From assembly GCA_047285805.1 (NCBI GenBank), contig JBJBCN010000003.1, forward strand, positions 192,001 through 256,000: a stretch of DNA of 64,000 nt, read 5' to 3'. The position numbers and the translations under genes are program-made. This stretch comes from Synechococcus sp. (GTDB lineage: Bacteria; Cyanobacteriota; Cyanobacteriia; PCC-6307; Cyanobiaceae). The notes under the pieces were generated by a model, which saw only the letters and a list, made by a program, of their open reading frames with translations, had not been told where the DNA came from and did no database searches. Positions 32,243-41,693 of the stretch are shown here, piece by piece; position 1 is the stretch's first letter, and each line of letters starts with the position of its first letter.

Positions 32243-32289
32243 TCAAAAGAGAGCCTGGCCAACTGGCAAGAGACTCTCAGTCGAGACAC

Positions 32290-32883
32290 TCAAACGCGCG
32301 CCAAAGTGACCCGCTCGGGCTGGTGCTGGTACTTACCAGCCCGGTCCTTGTAGGTCGTCTCGCAGGGGTCACCCTCAAAAAAGAGCAACTGGCAGATGCC
32401 CTCATTGGCGTAGATGCGGCAGTCCGCACCAGAGGAGTTGCTGAACTCCAGGGTCAAATGGCCCTCCCAGCTGGCTTCGGCTGGGGTCGTATTCACGATG
32501 ATCCCGAGACGTGCGTAGGTGCTCTTGCCCAAGCAAATCACCGTGATATTAGGGGGCACCCGCATGTTCTCCAGCGCCACACCCAATCCATAGGAATGAG
32601 CCGGGAGGATGAAGTACGACCCGTCCTCGTCCTCATGCAGCGGAACCGGCTCCAGGTTCGCCGGGTTGAAGCGCTTGGGGTTCATGATCGTGCCGGGCAC
32701 ATGCCGAAAGATCAAGAACTCCTGGGGCGAAAGGCGCAAGTCATAGCCATAGGAGGAGCAGCCGAAGCTCAAGACCGGCTTTTCGATGTTCACTGGATCG
32801 AGATGACGAACCAGCTGCGGCTGAAAAGGCTCGAGCATGCCCTGGGCAGCCTGCTCGTTGATCCAACGGTCGTTCTTGAGCAT
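32290..32883 (-). CDS. dcd: dCTP deaminase
   Basis: SSYGYDLRL, GKSTYARLG and EASWEGHLTLE motifs. Confidence 0.95.
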   Translation of the reverse strand: MLKNDRWINEQAAQGMLEPFQPQLVRHLDPVNIEKPVLSFGCSSYGYDLRLSPQEFLIFRHVPGTIMNPKRFNPANLEPVPLHEDEDGSYFILPAHSYGLGVALENMRVPPNITVICLGKSTYARLGIIVNTTPAEASWEGHLTLEFSNSSGADCRIYANEGICQLLFFEGDPCETTYKDRAGKYQHQPERVTLARV

Positions 32884-33473
32884 TAGAAACCTCGGCGCAG
32901 CTGGGTGACCTGATCAGCCATAGCCAACAAAGCCGTGGGCATGGACGGCCCAGTCAGGATCACATCCAGATTGGACGGCCGCTGCTCCAGAGCCGAGACC
33001 ACCTCCGCTTCCGCCAGATAACCCAACTCCACGGCCAAGCCCAGCTCATCGAGCACCAGCTGGTCCAGCTGCCCGCCCAAAAGCTGTTCGCAGGTGTAAT
33101 GCCAAACCTCCCGCACAGCCTCGGCATCCGCCGGGAATGCCGGCAATGGCCCGGCCAGGCAACCCGCAACTGCAGGCCGAAGCCACTGCAGACGGCCGCA
33201 GAGCCAAACGCTGCGATCTAGCCCTTGATCAACGCCGCCCTTCAGGAACTGGCTGACGAGCACGCGGCTACCCAGACCAGCACTGCGCAACGCCTGACTG
33301 AACACGCCGCTGAAGCTGCCGCGGAAGGGCGCCGTATGCACCTGAAGCTGACCCTCCTGCTGAGCCGCCAGACGCACACTACGGATGGGTGCCGACGCTG
33401 GAAACGAGGCAAGCGGACGCAGGCGCCCAGCACGGGGCGTCGCGCTGGGAGTGGCTGCAATGCTGGCCGTCAT
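32883..33473 (-). CDS. Cob(I)alamin adenosyltransferase-like (CobA/BtuR family) protein with degenerate P-loop
   Basis: GQLQVHT, QFLKGG, LVLDEL, DVILTG and ADQVTQLR motifs. Start set at MTASIA; 1-bp overlap with the dcd start. Confidence 0.8.
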   Translation of the reverse strand: MTASIAATPSATPRAGRLRPLASFPASAPIRSVRLAAQQEGQLQVHTAPFRGSFSGVFSQALRSAGLGSRVLVSQFLKGGVDQGLDRSVWLCGRLQWLRPAVAGCLAGPLPAFPADAEAVREVWHYTCEQLLGGQLDQLVLDELGLAVELGYLAEAEVVSALEQRPSNLDVILTGPSMPTALLAMADQVTQLRRGF

Positions 33474-33496
33474 TGAGTGCATGGCTGCCGCTTGGG

Positions 33497-33553
33497 ATCC
33501 TGAATGTAGCGGCGTTAGGCCATCCGGCAAGCAACAAGCACTACCTGTAGTGC
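33497..33553 (-). promoter_or_regulatory. Candidate tandem NrdR boxes
   Basis: Palindrome GCACTAC-CT-GTAGTGC (33538-33553) and a weaker copy ATCCTGAATGTAGCGG (33497-33512), 41 bp apart. Confidence 0.55.
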
Positions 33554-33590
33554 AAACACCCGTACCATCGAGGTCCTCAGTCAGCCCGCC

Positions 33591-34325
33591 ATGAGCAGCA
33601 TCCAACCTCGGAGGGATGGCCGCAGCCCATCGGATCTACGCAGCACACGCTTCGACTGGGATCCGATGGGCTTTGCCCTGAGCTCTCTCACCGTTCACAC
33701 GGGTCGCACCGCTGTGATCTGCAGCGTCTGCCTCGAGGAGGGTGTCCCGAAATGGCGCAAGGGCTCTGGCAAGGGCTGGCTAGGTGCCGACTACAGGCTG
33801 TTGCCCGCCAGCACACCCAGCCGCCAGCCGCGGGAGCTGATGAAGCTCAGCGGCCGCACCCAGGAAATTCAGCGCTTGATTGCCCGCAGCCTTCGTGCCT
33901 GCATCGATCTCGAGCTATTGGGGGAGAGGACACTGCAGATCGATTGCGATGTGCTGCAGGCCGATGCCGGGACCCGCACGGCTTCCATCACCGGAGCCTG
34001 GGCGGCCCTAGCCCTTGGACTGCGCCGGCTCGAACAACGCGGAGTTCTGGAGCACTCGCCCTTGATCGGCCAGGTGGCTGCGGTGTCTGTGGGCCTCGTC
34101 GATGGAGCTGCATTGCTGGATGTGGACTACAGCGAAGACAGCCGCGCCGAGGTGGATTTGAACGTTGTGATGAATCAAGAGCTACATTTGCTCGAAATTC
34201 AGGGCACCGCCGAGGGCGCACCCTTCAGTCGTAAACAGCTTTCTGCCCTGGTCGACCTCGCTGAAGCTGGAATCCAGCAACTTCAAGTGGCTCAGACGCA
34301 GGCCTTGGAAGAAGCCCCGAATTAG
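33591..34325 (+). CDS. rph: Ribonuclease PH
   Basis: RRDGR, SGRTQEIQRLI.RSLR, DCDVLQADAGTRTASITG and EIQGTAE motifs. Confidence 0.96.
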   Translation: MSSIQPRRDGRSPSDLRSTRFDWDPMGFALSSLTVHTGRTAVICSVCLEEGVPKWRKGSGKGWLGADYRLLPASTPSRQPRELMKLSGRTQEIQRLIARSLRACIDLELLGERTLQIDCDVLQADAGTRTASITGAWAALALGLRRLEQRGVLEHSPLIGQVAAVSVGLVDGAALLDVDYSEDSRAEVDLNVVMNQELHLLEIQGTAEGAPFSRKQLSALVDLAEAGIQQLQVAQTQALEEAPN

Positions 34326-34366
34326 TTTCAATGGCTACACGGCTGCCCTGGACTGATCCGTAGGTT
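34325..34366 (+). promoter_or_regulatory. NtcA-activated (class II) promoter of ntcA
   Basis: GTT-N8-TAC (34325-34338), exactly 22 nt, then TAGGTT (TAN3T) at 34361-34366. Confidence 0.75.
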
Positions 34367-34390
34367 CCAGCACACTTCAGTCGAACTGAA

Positions 34391-35131
34391 ATGGTCGGGG
34401 CTACGCAAGGATTCAGCCGCTACTCCCCTAGCCCTTCTACCGGTACTTCTGTGATCGCACCGATCGCGGGAAGTCCGCTTCCACCCAATGCAACGCTCCT
34501 GGATGTCATCCGGGGGCTGAGCGGCAGCACGACTGAAATTGTCGAACGCGGCAAAACGATCTTTTTCCCAGGGGATCCAGCCGAAAAGGTCTACCTCCTG
34601 AAACGCGGAGCCGTTCGCCTCTCCCGGGTCTACGAATCGGGCGAGGAAATCACGGTGGCACTCCTTAGAGAGAACAGCCTATTCGGGGTGCTCTCCCTAC
34701 TGACCGGCCAGCGCTCAGATCGTTTCTATCACTCCATTGCTTTCACGCGTGTCGAGCTGGTGACGGCCCCCGCCACCTCGGTACGCAAGGCGATTGAGCA
34801 AGACCCCGCGGTGGGACTACTGCTCCTGCAAGGTCTGTCCTCTCGGATCCTGCAAACCGAGACAATGATCGAAACCCTCACCCACCGCGACATGTCCTCG
34901 CGCCTGGTGAGTTTCCTGTTGGTGCTCTGCCGCGATTTTGGGGTTCCGAGCAGCGACGGCATCACGATCGACCTGCGTCTTTCCCACCAAGCCATCGCGG
35001 AAGCCATCGGCTCGACCCGGGTCACCATCACACGGCTTCTGGGCGACCTACGCAACGACGGCCTGGTGCAGATCGACCGCAAAAAGATCACCGTGTTCGA
35101 CCCGCTCGCCCTGGCCAAGCGCTTCAGCTAA
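34391..35131 (+). CDS. ntcA: Global nitrogen regulator NtcA
   Basis: [21 protein letters not shown] and [24 protein letters not shown]. Confidence 0.98.
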   Translation: MVGATQGFSRYSPSPSTGTSVIAPIAGSPLPPNATLLDVIRGLSGSTTEIVERGKTIFFPGDPAEKVYLLKRGAVRLSRVYESGEEITVALLRENSLFGVLSLLTGQRSDRFYHSIAFTRVELVTAPATSVRKAIEQDPAVGLLLLQGLSSRILQTETMIETLTHRDMSSRLVSFLLVLCRDFGVPSSDGITIDLRLSHQAIAEAIGSTRVTITRLLGDLRNDGLVQIDRKKITVFDPLALAKRFS

Positions 35132-35206
35132 ACGGCTGACCGGGTGGCTTATCCCCGCTGATTTCACACCGCCTGCAACCGATACTGACCTTCGTCGCCC
35201 AACGTC

Positions 35207-36385
35207 GTGTCCGGCTGGCTCCTGATCCTGGCGCTGCTGATCCTCGGGGGAGTGCTCTCCACCCTGGGGGATCGATTGGGATCCAAGGTCGGCAAGGCGC
35301 GGCTTAGCTTGTTTCGTCTGCGGCCCAAGAAAACGGCTGTGGTCATAACGGTCTTAACCGGCAGCTTGATCAGTGCGATTTCACTGGGCTTGATGCTTCT
35401 GGTTAGTGATCGCCTGCGCACTGGGCTGTTCGAACTCGATCAGATCGAACAACGTCTGCGGGACAGCCGCGATGCCCTGGCAAGCAGCCGCAGCGATCTG
35501 GCCGAAAGCCACAGCGCCCTGCGCAGTGCCGAACAGGAGCGCAGCGCAGCCCAGAGCCAACTGAAGGTGGTCGCTCAGCAGGCCAGCCGGCTCCAAAAAG
35601 AACTGGCCCCGCTGATGGAGCAGCGCCGGCAACTAGAAGCCGAACGCGATCGCCTTAGCCGCGACATCGCGGCTAAGGATTCAGACCTGCAGCGAAACCG
35701 CGCCGAGCTCGCCAAGCTCAACATCCAGATCAAGAGGAGCAGCCAAGAACTGGAGCGCCTAGAGCGCAACCTCATTGCTCTCCGGCAAGGCGATGTCGTG
35801 ATTAGCAGCGGGCAACCCCTCGAGGTCGCCAAGGTGCGGATCGAGAACGCCGGTCAGGCCAGGGAGGTGATCCATGCCCTGCTGCAACGCACCAATTTGA
35901 ACGTCTACCAACGGGTGCTACCCGGGGAGACCCCCAACCGTCAGATCCTGCTGGTGCCGCGTAGCGACATCAGCAAGCTGGAGACAACCCTGAGCAAGCG
36001 CGGCGAGTGGGTGGTCAGTTTGATTTCTGCGGCCAACGTGCTTAAGGGTGAGCGTCAGGTGGTGGCCTTCCCAGATGTCAGGCCGAACAAGCGGGTCGTT
36101 CGCAGCGGTGAGCAACTTGCCGCCACCGTTCTAGAGGCCGATGAACGCTCCCAAGACCAGGTGCGCAGCCGTCTCAACCTGCTCCTAGCCGCAGCCTTCA
36201 CCCGCGCCCAACGCCAAGGAGCCCTGGCCAATGGCTTGCAATTTGATCCGACGCGGGTCAGCCAACTGGCCGAGGCTCTTGTGAACCGTCCGCTGGGCGA
36301 GACCGCGAAACTCGAGGCCGTCTCCAGAGCGAATAGCGATCTGGCGGATCCGATTGCCGTGGACATCCGCTGGCAGCGCCCATGA
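35207..36385 (+). CDS. DUF3084-like coiled-coil membrane protein
   Basis: GDRLGSKVGKARLSLF.LRPKKTA motif; long coiled coil. Confidence 0.85.
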   Translation: MSGWLLILALLILGGVLSTLGDRLGSKVGKARLSLFRLRPKKTAVVITVLTGSLISAISLGLMLLVSDRLRTGLFELDQIEQRLRDSRDALASSRSDLAESHSALRSAEQERSAAQSQLKVVAQQASRLQKELAPLMEQRRQLEAERDRLSRDIAAKDSDLQRNRAELAKLNIQIKRSSQELERLERNLIALRQGDVVISSGQPLEVAKVRIENAGQAREVIHALLQRTNLNVYQRVLPGETPNRQILLVPRSDISKLETTLSKRGEWVVSLISAANVLKGERQVVAFPDVRPNKRVVRSGEQLAATVLEADERSQDQVRSRLNLLLAAAFTRAQRQGALANGLQFDPTRVSQLAEALVNRPLGETAKLEAVSRANSDLADPIAVDIRWQRP

Positions 36386-36831
36386 GCTCCTGGCTCGGTC
36401 TGGATCCAGGCCTCAGCAAATGTGGCTTGATCTTGTCTGATGCCGTTTCAGACACGGTCCTTGCCGCTGGCGTGCTCTCTCCCGACGCTTGCCTTGCTCA
36501 AATTCAAAGCTGGCAGAACGACATGGGCCTGGAGGCGGTGGTGCTCGGCAATGGCACAGGCAGTAAACACTGGCAACAGCAACTCAGCGCCCTGGATATC
36601 AGGGTCGAGGTGATCCCTGAAGCCGGTACTACCCTGGCCGCCCGCGCGCGCTACTGGCAGCTGGAGCCTCCTAGGGGATGGCGGCGATTACTGCCGGAGG
36701 GCGTACGCCTACCGCCCCGGGACTACGACGATGTGGTCGCGCAACTGCTGCTCGAGCGCCACTGGGGGAGAGAACTCAAGCGCCCCCCTGACTTGACCGT
36801 GCTTGGGATTAAAACTTGGCCCGGACGTTAA
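36382..36831 (+). CDS. YqgF/RuvX-like RNase H-fold nuclease
   Basis: GLDPGLSKCG, LGNGTGS and E.GTTL.AR.RYW motifs. Confidence 0.8.
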   Translation: MSSWLGLDPGLSKCGLILSDAVSDTVLAAGVLSPDACLAQIQSWQNDMGLEAVVLGNGTGSKHWQQQLSALDIRVEVIPEAGTTLAARARYWQLEPPRGWRRLLPEGVRLPPRDYDDVVAQLLLERHWGRELKRPPDLTVLGIKTWPGR

Positions 36832-37066
36832 AGGCGTAGTCCCCCCCCGCCTCCAGCTGGTAATCGGTTTTCAGCAGAAAACGCAGGAGGGCGTCCTGGA
36901 TCAAAGCCCGGCCAAGAGAGGGTTCTACCTGCAACTCACCGCGGTCAAAGAACCACTCGAAAGTCCACTCAAATCCGCCAGCGGTGACCTCACCCTCGAG
37001 CACCCGCTGGCTAAAGCTCTGGCGGAGCACCCGCAATTGCGCCGTTGTGGTGGGGAGGCGACTCAC
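36809..37066 (-). CDS. DUF3146-like protein
   Basis: LP.TTA, F.W.F.W.F and VEPSLGRALI motifs. Confidence 0.8.
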   Translation of the reverse strand: MSRLPTTTAQLRVLRQSFSQRVLEGEVTAGGFEWTFEWFFDRGELQVEPSLGRALIQDALLRFLLKTDYQLEAGGDYAFNVRAKF

Positions 37067-37072
37067 GCGGAC

Positions 37073-37705
37073 TTAGGCGGTTGGTTGCTCGACCAGCTTG
37101 GCGGCAGAGGGAGCCACGAAACCGTTGAGCCTGTTACCGGCCCGCTCAAATCCCAGGCGCTGAATCAGATCCAGGCCCGACAAGACCTCATCGATCACTT
37201 CCTTGAGAACCGGTTGCTCGGCTGCGGCGAAGCGGCCCAGCACGTGACCAACGGTGCGCTGCTTGCGCTCTACAGGATTCAAGGCCGGGGCACCAATGCC
37301 GATGCGCAGACGGGGAAACTCTTGTCCGCCGAGGTGGGAAATGGTGCTGCGCAAGCCGTTGTGGCCACCCGCACCGCCCGAGAGCCTCAAGCGCAAGCGA
37401 CCAAGGGGAAGATCCATGTCGTCCACCAGGATCAGCATTTGGTCTGGCTCAAAGCCAAACCAATCGAGGGCAGCCCGAACCGAGCGACCACTGTCATTCA
37501 TGTAGGTCTGGGGCATCAGCAGACGCAAGCGTTCGGCCCCATAGCCAACCTCAGCAAGGAGAGCATGCAGCTTGGGCTGCCGCTTAAAGCTTCTGGCTTG
37601 ACGCTTCGCTAATTGCTCAAGCGCCGCAAAGCCAACATTGTGGCGGGTGCCGGCGTACTTCTCGCCGGGGTTCCCCAAACCAACAACAAGACTCAGAGGA
37701 GCCAT
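37073..37705 (-). CDS. pth: Peptidyl-tRNA hydrolase
   Basis: VGLGNPG, TRHNVGF, PQTYMN and GGHNGLRS motifs. Confidence 0.96.
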   Translation of the reverse strand: MAPLSLVVGLGNPGEKYAGTRHNVGFAALEQLAKRQARSFKRQPKLHALLAEVGYGAERLRLLMPQTYMNDSGRSVRAALDWFGFEPDQMLILVDDMDLPLGRLRLRLSGGAGGHNGLRSTISHLGGQEFPRLRIGIGAPALNPVERKQRTVGHVLGRFAAAEQPVLKEVIDEVLSGLDLIQRLGFERAGNRLNGFVAPSAAKLVEQPTA

Positions 37706-37712
37706 GGCGATC

Positions 37713-37955
37713 TCAACCGGCCGTTTGCTCGTCTTCGGGCTTGAGTTGAGGCTGAGAGTCGGACTTGACCTCCGCTTCGACTGTGTCGACGGCTTTGCGG
37801 AATTCGCTCTCGAATTCCTTGGAAGCGGACTGGAAGCCCTTGAGGGTTTTGCCCAGGGTGCGACCCAGCTCTGGCAAACGCTTGGGACCGAACACCAGGA
37901 GACCTATGGCGGCAATGACCGCCATCTCTGGCAGTCCGATCCCAAACACGTTCAT
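37713..37955 (-). CDS. tatA: Twin-arginine translocase TatA/E subunit
   Basis: FGIGLPE...LLVFGPKRLPELGR. Confidence 0.93.
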   Translation of the reverse strand: MNVFGIGLPEMAVIAAIGLLVFGPKRLPELGRTLGKTLKGFQSASKEFESEFRKAVDTVEAEVKSDSQPQLKPEDEQTAG

Positions 37956-37959
37956 CGAA

Positions 37960-38160
37960 TCAGCCGATGCCGTTCCAGTTCACGGTGATGCCGTCGAGGA
38001 TCAACGACTTGTTGTACAGCTGGAGGATCACCAGCAGGAACACCAGGAAGAGAGCCATGAACACGCCCATCACGGGGGTCGTACCCCAACCGGGCACAAC
38101 CTTGCCGTACTCGGAGTTCAGGGGACGCAGCAGATCTCCCAGGCGGGTGCGTTGAGCCAT
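37960..38160 (-). CDS. psbH: Photosystem II PsbH
   Basis: [29 protein letters not shown]. Confidence 0.97.
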   Translation of the reverse strand: MAQRTRLGDLLRPLNSEYGKVVPGWGTTPVMGVFMALFLVFLLVILQLYNKSLILDGITVNWNGIG

Positions 38161-38246
38161 GTCGGGCTGTGCTCTCTGGCAAGGAGTAAGTCTCGTTACT
38201 GTAAGGGGCCTGGCTGCCTGAGCGGCTGGCCCCGTCGAGAGTTGTG

Positions 38247-38387
38247 ATGGAAACCACCTCCCCAGCCATGTCGGTGGCACTGGCCGTCCTGGCCGTGCTG
38301 CTCGGTCTGACCGGCTTCGGGATCTACACGGCCTTTGGTCCTCCCTCGAAGCAGCTCAGCGACCCCTTCGACGACCACGAAGACTAA
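38247..38387 (+). CDS. psbN: PsbN (46 aa)
   Basis: Manual translation [46 protein letters not shown]; divergent from psbH. Confidence 0.96.
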   Translation: METTSPAMSVALAVLAVLLGLTGFGIYTAFGPPSKQLSDPFDDHED

Positions 38388-41380
38388 GTCCGCTCCAACT
38401 CAAGGGCCAGCAGCTGCCAAGGCTTCAGGGCGACTGTGCCCCTCCGCCATCCCTGGGCGTCGTCCTGGCGCCAACGCCAGCTGGAATCCAGCCTCCAGGA
38501 CTGCCGCTGGGGGCTGAGGTTCTGCAAGCGCAGCGCGAGCTGGCCTAGGCATGTTCCCGGCCTGCAACTGAGCACCCGGATTTGAGTGTTAGCCCAATCG
38601 ATGCCCTCCATCAGGGCAATGGGACCGTCACCTTCGGACGAGCCCGCTGAGTTCTCGGCGTGATGTTGCGCCGGCCTAATCCAGAGCGGCTCGCGAAAAC
38701 GCTGCGCCAATCGAGGTACCCCCGCAAGATTCCAGCCGTCCTGACAGGGAGCCAACGCCAGCCGAAGACGTTGGATGCCGTTGTCGGCGGAGGGGTCCGG
38801 CCAGGAGGGAGACCGCAAAAGGGAGACCCCGAGGCGATCCGGGCTGGCAGACACCCCCTGGGGACCATCCAGCAGAACAGCCAGACCACTCCCGCCGGCT
38901 TTGGACTGGGTTGCTGCCCAGCTGATCGCAGTCACCTCCCAGCGCGCCTCTTCCCTCGGCGTCACGGGCTGAGCGGGGCGCTCCAGGACCCCAGCAGAGG
39001 TATCCGCGGCATAGCGCAGCGCGGATTGCTCCAAAGGCAGCTCTAGCCGCAGCAGCTCATGGCGCTGGCGCCAGTCGACAGTCAAGGTCAACTCGAGGCA
39101 AGGGGAGGCGGCCCGCAGCTGAATGTCGAAGCGCAGCGGGCTTTGGCCGCAGCGGCCGCGGACCACGAAGCGGCAACAGAGCGGTCCCTGCTCCACCAGC
39201 TCCGGAGCCCCCTCCCAGGTCAGGGGCAAGGGATGCTCTCGGTAGTCGGCGGCGATATCCCAGGCATCCCAAAACTCCCCCTGATCGCGCCAACGCCGCA
39301 ATTGCATCGGCCCGGAGAGCTGCGGCTGACCATCAGCCCCCCAGAGCTGCTGCACACCCTCAGCCCCGATCTCAACCTCAACCAAGCCGTTGGCCAAGCG
39401 CGCGTTCGACGCGTTGGTCTCCAGAACAACCGGGTTCGTGATGGCAGCAGCGGAACCAGAGAGAACGGCATCCCGCTCGAGGGGGAGCGCCTGGATACCG
39501 GCGGGCAGAGGAAGCTGCACCCAAGTTCCGCCGCTTGATCGGGCCTGGCTCGGGAGCGGGGCTTTGGCTCCTTGGACGTACCAAGACCCAGCGGGCAGGC
39601 GAACGACTAGCGGTTCAGCAGGATGGGGCTGCAACTGCACGAGCCACCAGGGCTGATCGCTGCTGCGGGCCGGGAGCAACTCCTGCAAACAGCAATCCCG
39701 TTGCAGCGCGGCCTGGCGGCGGGCCTGACGCCACTGGGGCTCGGCTTGGTCGAATACCTCGGGGATCGAGGTTCCCGGAAGGATGTCGTGAAACTGCTGA
39801 AAGAGCAGAGGCCGCCAATCCGCCCCAACCCGCTCCACTCCGGAGAGCTGCTGCAGGGCTGCGGCGCAGTCGAGCTCCCGGAGCAAACGCTCCAGGGTCC
39901 GGTTGTGGCGCTTCTGATCCGGGCGGGTCGTCGCACAACCCCGGTGCAGCTCGAGATAGAGCTCATCCCGCCAGACCGGCAGCCTGCTCGCCAGGGGCTC
40001 GAGTCCCTCGAGGTAGCTGCGCAGCGTGCCGTGCTGCTGCGGGCAGGCCACGGGCTGATGTTGCCAAAGGGCCAACTGCTCGAGCATCTCGGCGGTCGGG
40101 CCACCACCGTGGTCGCCCACCCCCGGAAGCCAGAGGGCCTCTTCCACACCCGTCGCGGCCCGCCATTGCTGCCGATAGGTCTCCATGGCTTGGGGATCGC
40201 TGCCGGTGCCGATGGGTGCGGTCGCCAGGGACAACAGCTCGGCGCCATCGGCACTGCGCCAGCGGAACAGACGATGGGGAAAGGCATTGCTGCTGTTCCA
40301 GGCCAACTTGTGGGTGCAGAACCAGCGGACCCCGCTGAATTGCGCCACGGCAGGCAAACCGGCGGCAAAGCCAAAACTGTCGGGCAACCAGCAGAGCTCG
40401 TGGGTCCATTGGGGGAAGCGGCTGCGGCTGTAGGCCTGGCCCTCCTCGAACTGCCGCAACAGCGACGGGACCCCGACCAAGACGCAGTCGGTTTCCACCC
40501 AAGGGCCATTGATCGGCTCAAAGCGGCCCTGCTCCATGGCTGCAAGAAGGCGGGCAAACAGAGCCGGATGGTGCTGCTCAATCCAGGCGTATAACGCCGG
40601 GGTGGAGTGGGCGAAGTGCAGCATTGGGTCCCGCTCCATCAGAGCCAGCGCCGACCCGAAGGTGCGCAGTGCCGCCTGCCAGGTGTCCGCCACCGGCCAG
40701 AGCCAGGCCAAATCCAAATGGGCATGACCCAACACATGGAACCCACCCGAGGGCCTGACCGCAGCGCATTGCTCCAGGACGCTGGAGACAGCCCCCTGTT
40801 CCAACTGAGGCAAGAGGGCTGCAGAGGTCTCCGGTGCTAGACGGGACATCGCAAGGGCCAAGGCATCGGCCGCGAGCACGCCGGTGGGGTCCTCGAGCGC
40901 CGTGGGCTCCTGATCGACCCGGCTGTGGATCAAGGCGCCGTCGTCGTGCACCGGGGAGCGCAGCCTGAGCTGCAGCTGCAAGGGCTCCCCGTCCCACCAA
41001 GAGGCCGGTAAGGGCCAGCGGCAGGCGCTATCGAATAAATCCCCCTGGTGAACCAGTACACCGCCCGCCCAAAGCTCGGCGACATCCGCCCACCAACAGA
41101 GGGCCAAGCGGGCACGCCGGTCCCCCAGCTGAGCCGCCTGCCAGGGCTTCGGACAAACAAGCTCCAGGCGCAGATTCAGCCAACGGCCGCCGCGTGGCCA
41201 ACTCAACAATCCGCGTTGATGCCAGTCGGGACGGTGGCACGCACCCCAGGGGTCATCAATGGCTAAAACGCTGTTGCCAGAGGGACTTTGCACGCGCCAG
41301 AGGGGCAGCACATCCCAACGGGTTTGTACCTGAAACGTTTCAATCCAGGAGCGAACCGCACTCTCTGGCCCCTCAGACAT
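38384..41380 (-). CDS. Alpha-mannosidase (GH38)
   Basis: GHAHLDLAWLW, WLPDSFGF, GVGDHGGGP, ELYLELHRG and QFHDILPGTSI motifs. Confidence 0.92.
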   Translation of the reverse strand: MSEGPESAVRSWIETFQVQTRWDVLPLWRVQSPSGNSVLAIDDPWGACHRPDWHQRGLLSWPRGGRWLNLRLELVCPKPWQAAQLGDRRARLALCWWADVAELWAGGVLVHQGDLFDSACRWPLPASWWDGEPLQLQLRLRSPVHDDGALIHSRVDQEPTALEDPTGVLAADALALAMSRLAPETSAALLPQLEQGAVSSVLEQCAAVRPSGGFHVLGHAHLDLAWLWPVADTWQAALRTFGSALALMERDPMLHFAHSTPALYAWIEQHHPALFARLLAAMEQGRFEPINGPWVETDCVLVGVPSLLRQFEEGQAYSRSRFPQWTHELCWLPDSFGFAAGLPAVAQFSGVRWFCTHKLAWNSSNAFPHRLFRWRSADGAELLSLATAPIGTGSDPQAMETYRQQWRAATGVEEALWLPGVGDHGGGPTAEMLEQLALWQHQPVACPQQHGTLRSYLEGLEPLASRLPVWRDELYLELHRGCATTRPDQKRHNRTLERLLRELDCAAALQQLSGVERVGADWRPLLFQQFHDILPGTSIPEVFDQAEPQWRQARRQAALQRDCCLQELLPARSSDQPWWLVQLQPHPAEPLVVRLPAGSWYVQGAKAPLPSQARSSGGTWVQLPLPAGIQALPLERDAVLSGSAAAITNPVVLETNASNARLANGLVEVEIGAEGVQQLWGADGQPQLSGPMQLRRWRDQGEFWDAWDIAADYREHPLPLTWEGAPELVEQGPLCCRFVVRGRCGQSPLRFDIQLRAASPCLELTLTVDWRQRHELLRLELPLEQSALRYAADTSAGVLERPAQPVTPREEARWEVTAISWAATQSKAGGSGLAVLLDGPQGVSASPDRLGVSLLRSPSWPDPSADNGIQRLRLALAPCQDGWNLAGVPRLAQRFREPLWIRPAQHHAENSAGSSEGDGPIALMEGIDWANTQIRVLSCRPGTCLGQLALRLQNLSPQRQSWRLDSSWRWRQDDAQGWRRGTVALKPWQLLALELERT

Positions 41381-41480
41381 CGGTCAACGCGTTCACGACC
41401 CATAGGATGATGCGGCTGCCGCAGGCTCGTTACGGGCCCATTTGGCGCTTGTCACTCCCTGTCACCCGCCGGACAGACCC

Positions 41481-41600
41481 ATGCTTGCCCTCAAGATCTC
41501 GGTTTACTCGGTCGTTTTCTTCTTTATCGGGATCTTCGTTTTCGGCTTCCTGGCCAGCGATCCCAGCCGCACCCCGAGCCGCAAAGACCTGGAGGAGTGA
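41481..41600 (+). CDS. psbI: Photosystem II PsbI (39 aa)
   Basis: Manual translation [39 protein letters not shown]. Confidence 0.97.
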   Translation: MLALKISVYSVVFFFIGIFVFGFLASDPSRTPSRKDLEE

Positions 41601-41693
41601 TCCACAGGTCATCTGAGGTGAGCTGAGCAACCGGCACCGCCTCACCCTTGTTGAACAGACGGCCGTGGCAAGATCGCGGCCTTACGCGACCCC

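Noticed and set aside
38384..41380. GH38 mannosidase between psbN and psbI as a recent insertion
   Set aside because: Composition matches the host and I saw no boundary repeats; no direct evidence of mobility.
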